DNA from: Hyaloraphidium curvatum SAG 235-1
Taxonomy: Eukaryota; Fungi; Monoblepharomycota
DNA length: 64,000 nt
NCBI GenBank assembly: GCA_025558095.1
Contig: JAIVFI010000023.1
Span: 62,001-126,000, forward strand
Reading direction: 5' to 3'
Shown here one piece after another: positions 10,084 to 19,811 of this stretch. The notes below the pieces were generated by a model. That model was not told where the DNA came from, did no database searches, and saw only the letters and a list, made by a program, of their open reading frames with translations. Every line of letters begins with the position of its first letter. The first letter of the stretch is position 1. The translations under genes and the position numbers were made by a program.

Positions 10084-10146
10084 GAGACCTTGTGAAGCCT
10101 CCTGAGCTGTCCACGTTTCACTTGCTCCGAACTCTCACGCATCGCT

Positions 10147-10626
10147 TTGGGTGGTATCACTGCGCAGGGCCAAGAAATCAACTCTTTGAGCCCTGGCAAT
10201 TTGCCTAGGTATCCCCAGACTCCTACCTCGAATATTGGGACTGGTCACTCTGCTCTGATTGCCAGTGACTGTGCCATTGGTATTGGATATCACAAAGGTT
10301 CGCCCTGTGTTCTCAACTCTGGATCTTTTGGAACGACTGTCGTTGCTGTTTTGCCTGCTGCCAATCTAGGTAACGTTCCACGCAACACAATTATCAGTCA
10401 ATCACTCATTGTTGCTGTTACTGATACTCCTGCTAAACTTGGTCCCCTTATGGCCTCGATTCATTCTCATATTCAACCGACTGTCAAACACTCTCCTTCA
10501 GCTACCAGTGTCCCTGGTTTGTCTTCCCAGGAACTTCAACGTCTTCGCTCCTTTGCTCAAGAAACTTCTCCTCTGCCTGATGCTGCTTCTCGTCAAACTT
10601 ATCGACTCGCTCGTTTCCTCAAATGA
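10147..10626 (+). CDS. Hypothetical protein
   Basis: 159-codon ORF with a strong third-position T bias; non-ATG start; no recognised motif. Confidence 0.35.
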   Translation: MGGITAQGQEINSLSPGNLPRYPQTPTSNIGTGHSALIASDCAIGIGYHKGSPCVLNSGSFGTTVVAVLPAANLGNVPRNTIISQSLIVAVTDTPAKLGPLMASIHSHIQPTVKHSPSATSVPGLSSQELQRLRSFAQETSPLPDAASRQTYRLARFLK

Positions 10627-10791
10627 CTTCGTCAAAATGACGCGGAAACAGCGTGTTACCAAGGGAAGTACAAGTTCTTTGCACCGAATGACCTCTAGCT
10701 TACAACTTGTCTAGATCCAGAATGACTGATACCCAACCTTTTTCATCCGCAGGCACATAGCTTTCTTTGGAAATGTTGTCAATTAAACTCT

Positions 10792-11166
10792 GTGGGACCA
10801 CTCCCTTGGATTTGCAAGCAGAGTGGAAAGATTGCAATGCTGATATGGACTCAGGATGATTCATGTGAGGTATGCAAAGGATGTATAGATGAGCTTTTCA
10901 ACAAGAAGACGATGGATTTGTCTCCATCGAAACAAGTGCTTTTGTGGAAAGCCATGCAGGAAACAAAGACAAGCCTCAATCTACTGGAGCGTGATCTTCG
11001 TGGAATTATAGAAAATCTACAAAATGTGTCATTGGCTTGCCGAAACGAAGAAATTACGAATTGGATAATCGAGATATCGCTACCATTGTTGAGCACATGT
11101 TCGATTTTCAGTTACATCAACGAGGAGGCATTGAAGACCGTTCGAACACATAAGCCAATGCCATGA
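10792..11166 (+). CDS. Hypothetical protein (CxxCxxC, helical)
   Basis: Open frame in the AT-rich island; no family recognised. Confidence 0.4.
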   Translation: MGPLPWICKQSGKIAMLIWTQDDSCEVCKGCIDELFNKKTMDLSPSKQVLLWKAMQETKTSLNLLERDLRGIIENLQNVSLACRNEEITNWIIEISLPLLSTCSIFSYINEEALKTVRTHKPMP

Positions 11167-11205
11167 TGTCACCAACGCCACTATCACGTGGGGGGGGAAG
11201 GTCCC

Positions 11206-11487
11206 TTAGACGGTCTGCGCAAAAGAAAGCCTAGGAGGAAGATAGGGACATAGAGTTTTAACAAGATTTCTGTAGAAAGCAACATCAGAAGGAGACATGG
11301 ACCGACTGTATTCCTGATTAAGTGTACTTTTGCATGGAAAACAAAGCATAATCAATTCAGATCGGCCTTGAATGGAAAGAGGGATAGATTTGCGAATGCG
11401 GGGAGGGACAATGTGATGGCCAGTTTGACAAAGGCCACCACACCTGGCACAGGGTTCGTGGAGGTATTTGAAGTTACGGCGTCCCAT
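11206..11487 (-). CDS. HNH endonuclease-like protein (possibly inactive)
   Basis: CARCGG...GHHIVP...LIMLCFPCK; the canonical N and final H are substituted. Confidence 0.6.
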   Translation of the reverse strand: MGRRNFKYLHEPCARCGGLCQTGHHIVPPRIRKSIPLSIQGRSELIMLCFPCKSTLNQEYSRSMSPSDVAFYRNLVKTLCPYLPPRLSFAQTV

Positions 11488-11569
11488 TGAAGTGTAGGAA
11501 ACAGAAAAACGGCTGTAGGCATCTTTTATGCGAGTAAATGACTTGACGGTATAAAAGAGATCGTCAGAA

Positions 11570-12112
11570 ATGTCAGAAATAAAACCGAAATTGACCCAGA
11601 GTGTGATGGAAGAAGTTACACAAACAGTGCCATCAGGATCGTCATCGATTGAAGCCCGAAGCACAAAGCCGACAGCAATGTATGAGAGCTCCGTGGAAGT
11701 GACGAAAGTGTTAGAAGATCTGGAAGGCAAAAAGAGATTTATAGCAGCATTAAGTGGAAATCATGTGCCACTGGCAGAGTTGGCGTCTTACTATTTCAAA
11801 GACATAAAGCACGGAACAGATCGGAGATGGTATGAATACGTTAGAGATTCCGAGGAATGGAAAGTGACGGCAGAATCGGTAGTGAGGACAAAAATAGGAA
11901 GAGGACTAACGAAGGTAATGATGGAAGCATGCAATGATGGGGATCCGGTGAGATCCAAAGCAATAGCGATGACTATTCGGAATTTAGAAGATGTTAGGAA
12001 TTTGAAGGGTGTGATGGAACATCTGCGAGGAGTAAGCTTTTGCCAGCAAACACATGATATGTGTTTTGTTCTGGGTGTTGCTCTGGTTGATGATGATCCA
12101 TATCAAGTTTGA
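11570..12112 (+). CDS. Stand-alone paralog of the D5 helicase pre-ATPase (D5_N) region
   Basis: ALSGNHVPLAEL / RRWYEY..W / KGVMEHLR align by eye with helicase SLSGTHHMLASL / KPWFLF..W / KGVIEQLK. Confidence 0.6.
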   Translation: MSEIKPKLTQSVMEEVTQTVPSGSSSIEARSTKPTAMYESSVEVTKVLEDLEGKKRFIAALSGNHVPLAELASYYFKDIKHGTDRRWYEYVRDSEEWKVTAESVVRTKIGRGLTKVMMEACNDGDPVRSKAIAMTIRNLEDVRNLKGVMEHLRGVSFCQQTHDMCFVLGVALVDDDPYQV

Positions 12113-12145
12113 CTGTCAAAAAAATGAGGGGGCTGCGCTGGGACC

Positions 12146-12293
12146 GGAGCCGTTTTGGCTCCTTTCGGGGAGGGGGAGGCCTACTTCGGCTCTGCCGTTT
12201 TGGCTCTCTACCCCTGTAACCTACTTTGGCTCCGCCGTTTCGGCTCCCTACCCTGTCAAATTAGGGTGAGGGGTGATGCCTACTTTGGCTCCC
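12146..12293. repeat. TTYGGCTC iteron-like array (six copies, two ~40-bp units)
   Basis: Alternating cctacttYggctc and ccgttTYggctc; one inverted ggagccg at 12146. Confidence 0.75.
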
Positions 12294-12498
12294 AGGGCAC
12301 ATAAGGTGGTTGGGCTGGCCAGACTTAAGAAGGGATGGTTGCGGGGGAGGTGGAATTATGGGCGGATGGTGCGCGTGCTGCGCACTTCGTTCTGAGAGGT
12401 GTGTTGCTTGGTCTGTGGCTTGGGTCTGTGGCAGTGGCTGTGTAGTCAGGAAGATACTTAAGCCCGTGGGAGGATCCCATCACGCTTCACTCAACACA

Positions 12499-12939
12499 AT
12501 GTCAGTGCTTCCTGACTACGCCATTGAATTGATCAGGTGGCGTGAGGCCGATGAAGAGACCGTGAAGGGTCTTATGGCGGATGGTTTGGACTTGAATGGA
12601 CAATGTCGCTACGGCTTTCCTCTGCTCTACTACGCAGTGACCAACAACACCAAGGTCTTTGCTGCTCTGTTAAAGCACGGGGCCAATCCAATGGTTCAGC
12701 GGGAGCGTACATGGTACGAAAAAGACGATCCTGAACGTTTTGTCTGGGCAGGACCGGCCATGATCCAAGAAGTTACACGCGGGTTCATTGGGCCCATTAC
12801 GAAGGCGAATCTTAAGCTGTGGAGGCAGGCAGTGGGATCCGAAGCATTTGAGAGAGCTTGGTTGGCTGGGACTGAGGCAGATGCGAAGATTCGGGAACGA
12901 GGAGATTACAACTCGTTCAAGGCGGCAATCATGAGCTAG
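12499..12939 (+). CDS. Ankyrin-repeat protein
   Basis: GLDLNGQCRYGFPLLYYAV...ALLKHGANP. Confidence 0.7.
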   Translation: MSVLPDYAIELIRWREADEETVKGLMADGLDLNGQCRYGFPLLYYAVTNNTKVFAALLKHGANPMVQRERTWYEKDDPERFVWAGPAMIQEVTRGFIGPITKANLKLWRQAVGSEAFERAWLAGTEADAKIRERGDYNSFKAAIMS

Positions 12940-12965
12940 CTTTTTTTTGTGATTCATTTTTACAA

Positions 12966-13355
12966 ATGATAGACGTCCTTAAAATCATTGCAACCTATGT
13001 GGTTTTGGACATGGTTTACTTGTCCATCATGCATGATAAACTGTATAAGCCAGGTTTTGGATCACTGTTAGGTCAGAACACGGGACGAATGCCTATTGGA
13101 GTCCTGGCGTGGGTGGCGTTAGCTCTGGGGGTCAACTTCTTGGTCAAGCCCTGTATTGAAAACCAGCAGGGTCTCAACGAAGTTGATTTGTGGACCAAAT
13201 TCAAATATGGAGCACTCTTTGGTTTTGTCGTCTATGTTGTGTATAATGCAACAAATTATGCAATTTTGAGCTCAGAATTGAGTGCACAGATGTGTGTTAT
13301 TGACACTTTGTGGGGAACTTTGCTGAGTGGAATCGTTGCTACACTAAATGTTTGA
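12966..13355 (+). CDS. DUF2177 family membrane protein
   Basis: LDMVYL, YGALFGFVVYVVYNATNYA, IDTLWGT. Confidence 0.85.
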   Translation: MIDVLKIIATYVVLDMVYLSIMHDKLYKPGFGSLLGQNTGRMPIGVLAWVALALGVNFLVKPCIENQQGLNEVDLWTKFKYGALFGFVVYVVYNATNYAILSSELSAQMCVIDTLWGTLLSGIVATLNV

Positions 13356-13403
13356 AGCAAAATACCAAAAAATGGCATTATTTTGTCACGAAGGAGTAAA
13401 TAA

Positions 13404-13808
13404 ATGGACTTTCAAAAAGAATACCAAGAGTACAAAAAGCCATTCTTTGCCCCTCCACCATGGATTTTTGGCAAAGTGTGGCCAATCTTGTACATTGGGA
13501 TTACAATTTCCTTTGGTTACATGTTTCTGGAAGCACTCAAAGGCAATGTGTCGATTGCATTCATGATTCCATTCATTGTGAACTTGATCTCAAATTTGAT
13601 CTACGTTTACATTCAATTCAATTTAAGAAACAATTGGCTTGCCACAGCAGATATTCTCGTTGTATGGTACACTATTTGGAAGATCATTGAGCAAACCAAA
13701 GACACACAGTATGATCTAGTCGCTTGGGCACAGGTTCCATACTTCCTATGGGTCACTTTTGCAACTGTGTTACAAATCAGTGTGACTCTTATGAATCAAG
13801 GGCGTTGA
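13404..13808 (+). CDS. tspO: TspO/MBR tryptophan-rich sensory protein
   Basis: KPFFAPPPWIFGKVWPILY; PYFLWVTFATVL. Confidence 0.92.
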   Translation: MDFQKEYQEYKKPFFAPPPWIFGKVWPILYIGITISFGYMFLEALKGNVSIAFMIPFIVNLISNLIYVYIQFNLRNNWLATADILVVWYTIWKIIEQTKDTQYDLVAWAQVPYFLWVTFATVLQISVTLMNQGR

Positions 13809-13985
13809 TACCACATGAGACCTTTACACGTGGTTTGGCATAAGCCATTCCCAAGTGGGATTGTGATGCATGGATCTTCGCAGCTTTTCCAAAGCAACCA
13901 CAATGTCTGGGGGACATTGTCGTTCATCTCCGTGTTTTGAGCATGAATCCATGAGAACGTTTCTTACTCTGCTTCCTGGAATGAC

Positions 13986-14243
13986 GTGCATGCGTCGGAA
14001 AAGGAGTTTGTTACAGCACACTTCAGCTTGCTGGTGAACTGGAAAACATATGTGCAATACAAGAACGAGACGTATGGGGACAGGAAGGCATATTGGGGGG
14101 ATAATTTTGTGAAATCACCGAAGCAAGCAAAGATGCAAAAGGCAGCAGCAAAGGCAGAAGCGAAGGCTGCAAAGGAAGCAAAGGAAGCAAAGGCAGCCAA
14201 CGAAGTAGCAGAGGAAACACAAGTCAATCCAATTGACAATTGA
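13986..14243 (+). CDS. Lys/Ala-rich hypothetical protein fragment
   Basis: KAAAKAEAKAAKEAKEAK tail; non-ATG start, upstream part appears degenerate. Confidence 0.3.
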   Translation: MHASEKEFVTAHFSLLVNWKTYVQYKNETYGDRKAYWGDNFVKSPKQAKMQKAAAKAEAKAAKEAKEAKAANEVAEETQVNPIDN

Positions 14244-14334
14244 ACATTGCCAAATGAACTAAATTAAAAGCACGTGGTAGGAACGAAGTTCCGAAGGGAG
14301 GCGGGGGGGAGGGGGGGAAGGGAATTGAAGCAGG

Positions 14335-14775
14335 TGGTGGGGTAAGAGGTGGCGGGGTAAGACAGGTGGGGTACTCAGTGGTGGGGTAAGACTGGTCGTC
14401 AACGAAGTTGACTTACGGGAGGATGAGAGTGTAAAGCTAAAACAGGAAAGCATACATATATAATATGAAGCACATTTCTGGAGGCAAAATGTTTACGGGA
14501 GGATGGGAGGATTCGGAGGATAAAATTGACCCTTTTCAAAAATACCGGGGTAAGGCAGGGCGCCCCCTCCCCCTAAGAAGGATGTTCACCACAAGAGTAT
14601 AAATATATATATAAATTAATACTCCCTATACTCCCTAAACTCCCTAAATTAAAAAATAAGTATAATAATGGTAATAAGAAAGAGAGAAGAAGCATGGAAG
14701 AAGGAAGCTTTAAGAAAAGTATCCTCCCAAAGGTCGTAGCTAAGCAAGTTGCTAAGCAAAGTGCTTAGCAAGTAG
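14335..14775. repeat. Terminal non-coding block of short direct and inverted motifs
   Basis: GGGGTAAG x4, GGAGGAT x4 with inverted ATCCTCCC, ACTCCCTA x3, (AT)n core, GCTAAGCA/TGCTTAGC. Confidence 0.6.
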
Positions 14776-15118
14776 TGAAAGGATCGACAAAGCAGGGTCG
14801 GCAAGGCAGTCAGACAAAGTGGAAGCACAGATCTCGTCATCAACCCATAGAAGAGGGCCATTAAGACGCGTAGCGGCTTGGGCCTCCAAAGACGAGAAGA
14901 CAGCAGGGCTTGCCCCTTTCCCACTACCCTTTCCCACTCGGCTCCTTCGTCGGGCCCGGCGGCGCTCGAGAAATCGGAGCTGGCATTGTTTGGTTCGAAT
15001 CCAGGAGCCGACAGCGGCGGTAGAGTGGATGGATGAAGCGAAGCCTAATCGCGGGAGACGGTCCGCTCGCCGTTGGAGTTTCCTCGCCCCCCGTCTCCTC
15101 CCTTCGATCGCCGCCGCC

Positions 15119-16699
15119 ATGGCTTCACCGGCTTTGCAGCACCCCGACTTCTCCGCCGCCGAGTGGGCCGCGCTCTTCCCGAGCCCGCAGACGCCGGCCC
15201 CGTCCTTTGCCCCGCCGCCGCCGCCCGTCGCGCCGCCCACGAGGATGACCCGCGCGCAGCTCCTGTCTGCGCTGCCGGCGCCCCTCGCGTTCGCCGCGCG
15301 CCTGCAGCTGTCGCTGGCGCCGCTCGCCGCGCCGCTCATCCCGCGGCTGTTCGCGGTCGGCACCGTGCCGTGGGCCGCGCTGCTGGGCGCGCTGTTCGCC
15401 TTTGGCGCGGACACGTTCCCGCGCAGGCAGATGGGCATCGCCGCCGGCACGTCGGCGGCGTACTACGCCACCGTCTACGTCGGCTGGTTCGTTTCCTCCG
15501 CCTCGAAGCACGGCGTCACCCGCGTCCAGGCCTTCGGCGCGACGAAGCTGTTCGGGTTCCGGCTCCGGGGGCCGCCCGGCAAGGGGGACGGCGAGGAAAA
15601 TCCCGTTGCACTGGAGGAAGCTGCGGTCCGGGATTCCCTCGTTGCCTCCGGTGCCGAGGGACTCGGCAGCTGGTCGGAACTCGAGTCCTACGACGTCGCC
15701 GGCGTGGCTCGCTACGTCCTGCTCGTTAGTGCCGACCCGAAGTCGCCCCTCGTCGCCCACGACGCAAACGACTCCGCCAACTGCCCGTGCCCGGCACCGT
15801 CGTGCGCCGGCCGCCTGCTGGCCGCGGCGGGACCCGTGCGCATCGTCGAGATGCTCGGCCGGTCCTTGATGGACGCCGCGGTGTACTTCACGATGAGCTA
15901 CTCGTCCATCGTCACGCTTGCCCCTGCAACGTGGACCCACTGGTGGAGTGCGCTGTTTGCCGCCGTCGCGTGTGCGGTGGCGCCGATCCTGTTCAGCCTC
16001 GTCACTGGGATCTCGATGATTTTTTTGGGAATCCCGCAGATGGAACTGTCCCGGCGCCTGACCTTGCGCGCCGCACACCTCTCGCTGGCTTCGTTCTTTG
16101 CCCAGATCGAGCGCGGCAGCACGTGCATCGACGCCGAAGACGCCCCAACGGCCGGCGGCCCCGAACCCCTCTACCTCGTGCTGCACCGGCGCCTCACGGC
16201 CGAATGGATCTCCCGCGCAAACGCCACGACCGGCGGCCGCTACTTCCTCGTCCTCCTCTCGTTCTGCGCCTTCGTCGCCGGCGCCGTGTACGCCACCGCG
16301 GGCGGCTGCCTCCCCGCGTGGCCCGTGCTCCTTTTCGCCATCACCGTGCTCGACGTCACGAGGAACCTGTTCGTCGCCGCCGCGAGCAACTCGGGGGTCA
16401 CCGACTGCTCCGCCACGCACGGGCGCGCCGGTACCCGCGTGCGGGAGCTGCTCGCCGCCGGCGGGCCCCGCGGCCCGGGGGAGCACAGGTCGCTCAAGGC
16501 GCACGGCGCCCTTTTGTCCTCCCTCGCGAACGACGAGGCGTACAAGGGGTCGTTCATGGGGTTCCGGGTCGGCTACGGCGCCGCGAGGACGTTCGTCGTC
16601 ACCATGTTCACGGTGCTCGTGGGCGTGTGGTCGATCCTGCGCGGAATCGGCATCTACCTCAGTGCGGACAACGTGTGCAGGGGAGGGGACCTGTCCTAG
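15119..16699 (+). CDS. 7TM membrane protein, candidate gustatory-receptor-like (7TMIC/DUF3537-like)
   Basis: About seven hydrophobic segments, long loops, split last helix GSFMGFRVGY-ARTFVVTMFTVLVGVWSIL; paralogous to the neighbouring gene. Confidence 0.6.
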   Translation: MASPALQHPDFSAAEWAALFPSPQTPAPSFAPPPPPVAPPTRMTRAQLLSALPAPLAFAARLQLSLAPLAAPLIPRLFAVGTVPWAALLGALFAFGADTFPRRQMGIAAGTSAAYYATVYVGWFVSSASKHGVTRVQAFGATKLFGFRLRGPPGKGDGEENPVALEEAAVRDSLVASGAEGLGSWSELESYDVAGVARYVLLVSADPKSPLVAHDANDSANCPCPAPSCAGRLLAAAGPVRIVEMLGRSLMDAAVYFTMSYSSIVTLAPATWTHWWSALFAAVACAVAPILFSLVTGISMIFLGIPQMELSRRLTLRAAHLSLASFFAQIERGSTCIDAEDAPTAGGPEPLYLVLHRRLTAEWISRANATTGGRYFLVLLSFCAFVAGAVYATAGGCLPAWPVLLFAITVLDVTRNLFVAAASNSGVTDCSATHGRAGTRVRELLAAGGPRGPGEHRSLKAHGALLSSLANDEAYKGSFMGFRVGYGAARTFVVTMFTVLVGVWSILRGIGIYLSADNVCRGGDLS

Positions 16700-16923
16700 G
16701 TGCCCCTTTGAGCACGGCTCGGGCAAGGGGCTCACAATGCCAGAACGCGTCTCCTGAGTTCTGCGCGGTATAATGACGCAACGATCGCGGGAGGGGCGAC
16801 CGCGATCGCGCACACGACTGCACATCACTTAGGCTCTGTGAAAACAACGAAATATGCTAAGCATATGGTGGCCAACCTGCGTTGCCAATCCGGGTTTCTC
16901 CCAGCGCATCCTACCGCCCGTGG

Positions 16924-18557
16924 CTAGGCAACAGTCGGACAGAAGCTCTCCATCGTCAGCACCACCCCCAGCGACCTCGCCACGCTCCACAGCGCCACCG
17001 CCAGCGTCACCAGCGTCGCCAGCCCCGTCCTCACCCCGCCGTAGGTCACGGTGAACCCCAGGATCTTGGCGCTGTACCGGTCCACGTCCAGGAACGAGCC
17101 CACCGCCGCGTCGTGCCTCTGCAGCTCGGCCTCGAGCGCCGCGGAGGGGGGGAGCGAGAGGATCGCGGTGCGGATGTCGCGGCGGGCGTCGCGGTACGCG
17201 CCGGCGACGACGGAGATGAGGTTGTTGCGCGAGGCGAGGTTGACGGCGTTGACAATGGTGAAGATGAGGAGATACGCCGTGATCAGGAGTATCCACGCAG
17301 GGATGCAGCCGCCGACGGCCTGGGGAGGAGGTGGTGGATGAGCGCCGTTGCCAACGGTCGACAGTCGGTCCACAAACCGCGTTGATGATGAGGAGGGCCA
17401 CCGCCAGGGGCAGCTGTAGGAGAAGGAACGCTTGGCTCAGGAGCAGCTGGTCCTGCCCCGCCCGCGCCTTGCACAGCGCCGCGAAGCCGTGGTGGAGGCG
17501 GACGTACAGCCATGGGGAGCGGGAATCCTGCCTGTCGTCCTTCTCGCGCACGACCCTGCTCGCCATTGATCTCATTGAGATGACCACGGCGCGGTGATGC
17601 AGCCGCTCTTCCAGCTTGGCGTAGGCAAGATTGCTGACGAAGACGAAGCGCAAGACGTTGTTGTGGACCTGACCTAGGGCGGCGAAGGCTGGTTCGCGGG
17701 TCGTGAGTGGACGAATGCGTCAGTCATGCCAAAAGACCGTTGACAAAAGCGGCTGCCGTACCGTAGAGCGCTCCGAGTAGGTACCCCCACCAAATGGACC
17801 ACAATCGCGCGCCAAAAGTGACCACCGCCGTCCATGCCGTGGTCCACGAAACGAGCGTGCCCAAACAGCCCAAGAAAAACAAGTCCAGAGCGCACAAAAC
17901 CCCGGCAAGCAGCTGCACATTGCCGACACAGTCCGTGCAGGGGCACATGGCGTCGCCGTTCTCGTGACGTACCAGCCGCGGGGCGTCTTCGGCCATGGTC
18001 GGCTTTTCGCCGGGTGCCGGCCCGCCGCCGTTGGTCAGCTGCAGCCACCTGCAAAGCACGGCCGGCGCCGCAAAATCGAGCAACTTTGGCACCTGTGGCA
18101 CCGCAATGGCGTTGAGCCATAGCGAGCCCGCCATGACCAGGAGGAACAAGGCCGCGGAGACGAAGCCCAGGACGAGCTGCTTCGTCCCAAAGGTACCGTC
18201 ATTCCACGACCAGGCCAGGCCGAGCAGAGCGAGAATAAGGGCAAAGGTGAGCGTGTCTTGCGCCGCCACCCTCCATCCTATGAAGCTGAACCTGGGCGAC
18301 GCGCCGAGGAAGGCAATGACACGCAGGAATGGGCTGGTCAGGGTCGCCATCATAGCGTCGAACGTGAGTGGGTTTGCGGCACGGAACGAGGCTCCCGGGT
18401 CGTCCGATTCCGGGGCCTCTGCAGCGGCAGACGCGCCGGGTCCATTGTTGTTGTCCGCGGGGGAGTCCGGCGGCGCGACGCGCAGCAGCGGTTGGAACGG
18501 CGGCGTCGGGCCGGGAAAGAGGCATGTCCATTCGGCGGGCAAGAAATCTGTTTCCAT
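16924..18557 (-). CDS. 7TM membrane protein, paralog of 15119-16699 (two introns)
   Basis: Shares DFxxAEWxxLFP, CPCxxC, GGCIPAW and KILGFTVTYG-VRTGLATLVTLAVALWS. Confidence 0.6.
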
Positions 18558-19020
18558 GGAGACGGAGTCCACGGAGACGGCGAGTTGCCCGAGTTTGCTT
18601 GTGGGCCCGCGAAGTGGCCTTCCATGGAAGGCCCGGCGGGAGACGAGACGCGTACCGACGCGAATCCTGAGGCCCGAGGCCCAAATCCGCCACTCAGCCA
18701 TGGCAAAATGCACGCCGGTTCAGATAGAAAACCGATGCCATTCCACGCTTTTTGAGCCCTCATGGAGGTGAGCCGATTATTTCGCGTGTAGGGGATGCGG
18801 GGAGACCAGCAACATTCACAGGGACGGCCGGCAGGCGTCCGCGTGCGACAAGGAAGCCAACGAGGTGCACAATGAGCAGAGAATAAAGAGGAAAAGCTGA
18901 TATTGCGGCTCCGTCGATCGTGGCGTGGTCAGCAGGTGAACCCGCGGGACTGTCGGGACCGGCACGTCATCGATCGCGCACGACACTCGAAATCGACTCT
19001 TTTCCGTCCCAGCCACCGCC

Positions 19021-19762
19021 ATGGCCTCGCCAGACCATCTGCAGCTCCCGATTGAGATTTTTGGAGAGTTTGCGGAAGCGCTTGCCTCCTTGGGGCTCAA
19101 AAGGACGCTCTTGGAGCTGTCGCTCGCGGACCATGACCGGCGCGCCCTTGCGCTTCCCGCCCTGATGCGGCGCGTGAGGATCACCGCAACCAACGTCCAC
19201 TGCGTTGCAACATGTTTCGGGAAGACCGCGCCTGACCTCCACCTCGTTCGCGAGGTCCGGGTGCACCGATCGGTGTCGTGTGCGCCGCCACTGCGGCAAC
19301 CGTCGACGCCGGTCGCGCTGCTACAGAAAGCGGACATGGTGAAGATCCTCGAGCTGCCCGGTCTCTAAGTGCTTCAAATCGAGGAGGGCCTGAACTTCGA
19401 GGGAGCCGCGAACCTGAGTGCCGCACTTTGCGCTGCCGCGCGCCGGGCTCCGGATCTGCCCGCCCGCCGCGTAGAGATCCGCACGCAGCTGATGGAGTGT
19501 GTGGCCTACATGGCGGTCCAGCGGCCAGGAACGGCGGCCACGACGATTGCCATTGCGGCGCCGCCTTTGGAAGGGGGGTCGCTGCACCGCAGGATCGAGT
19601 ACGAGCACGACGTTCCAGTCGATCGTAAGCGGGTCGAGTTCGAATGCTGCGCAGGTGCTGGTTCGGGGAATCATGGATCAAAAAGCCCGCGAATGCCTCG
19701 AGCACCTTCCGGGGGTGACAATCGTCTGCACCAACAAGACGATAGACAACAACTTGTCATGA
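19021..19762 (+). pseudogene. F-box-like hypothetical protein pseudogene
   Basis: LPIEIFGE..KRTLLEL; in-frame TAA at 19366 and a later frameshift relative to the paralog at 28540. Confidence 0.6.
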
Positions 19763-19811
19763 ATACTCCAAAACTTGCCTACAACATGTACAGGTCCCAT
19801 TCGCGGCCCGG

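Larger units (their letters stand above)
1..14850. mobile_element. AT-rich endogenous virus-like element (NCLDV/Polinton/satellite-like); left end probably outside the window
   Basis: Abrupt compositional shift to very GC-rich host DNA near 14.9 kb; dense, mostly intronless ORFs of families typical of large DNA viruses (D5 helicase, Bro-N, T5orf172, N4/N6 MTase, DUF2177, TspO, ankyrin). Boundaries approximate; 1-2970 is of intermediate GC and has introns. Confidence 0.75.

Noticed and set aside
14621-14650. CCCTAAA copies as telomeric repeat
   Set aside because: Period is 9 bp (ACTCCCTAA), only three copies, and internal.
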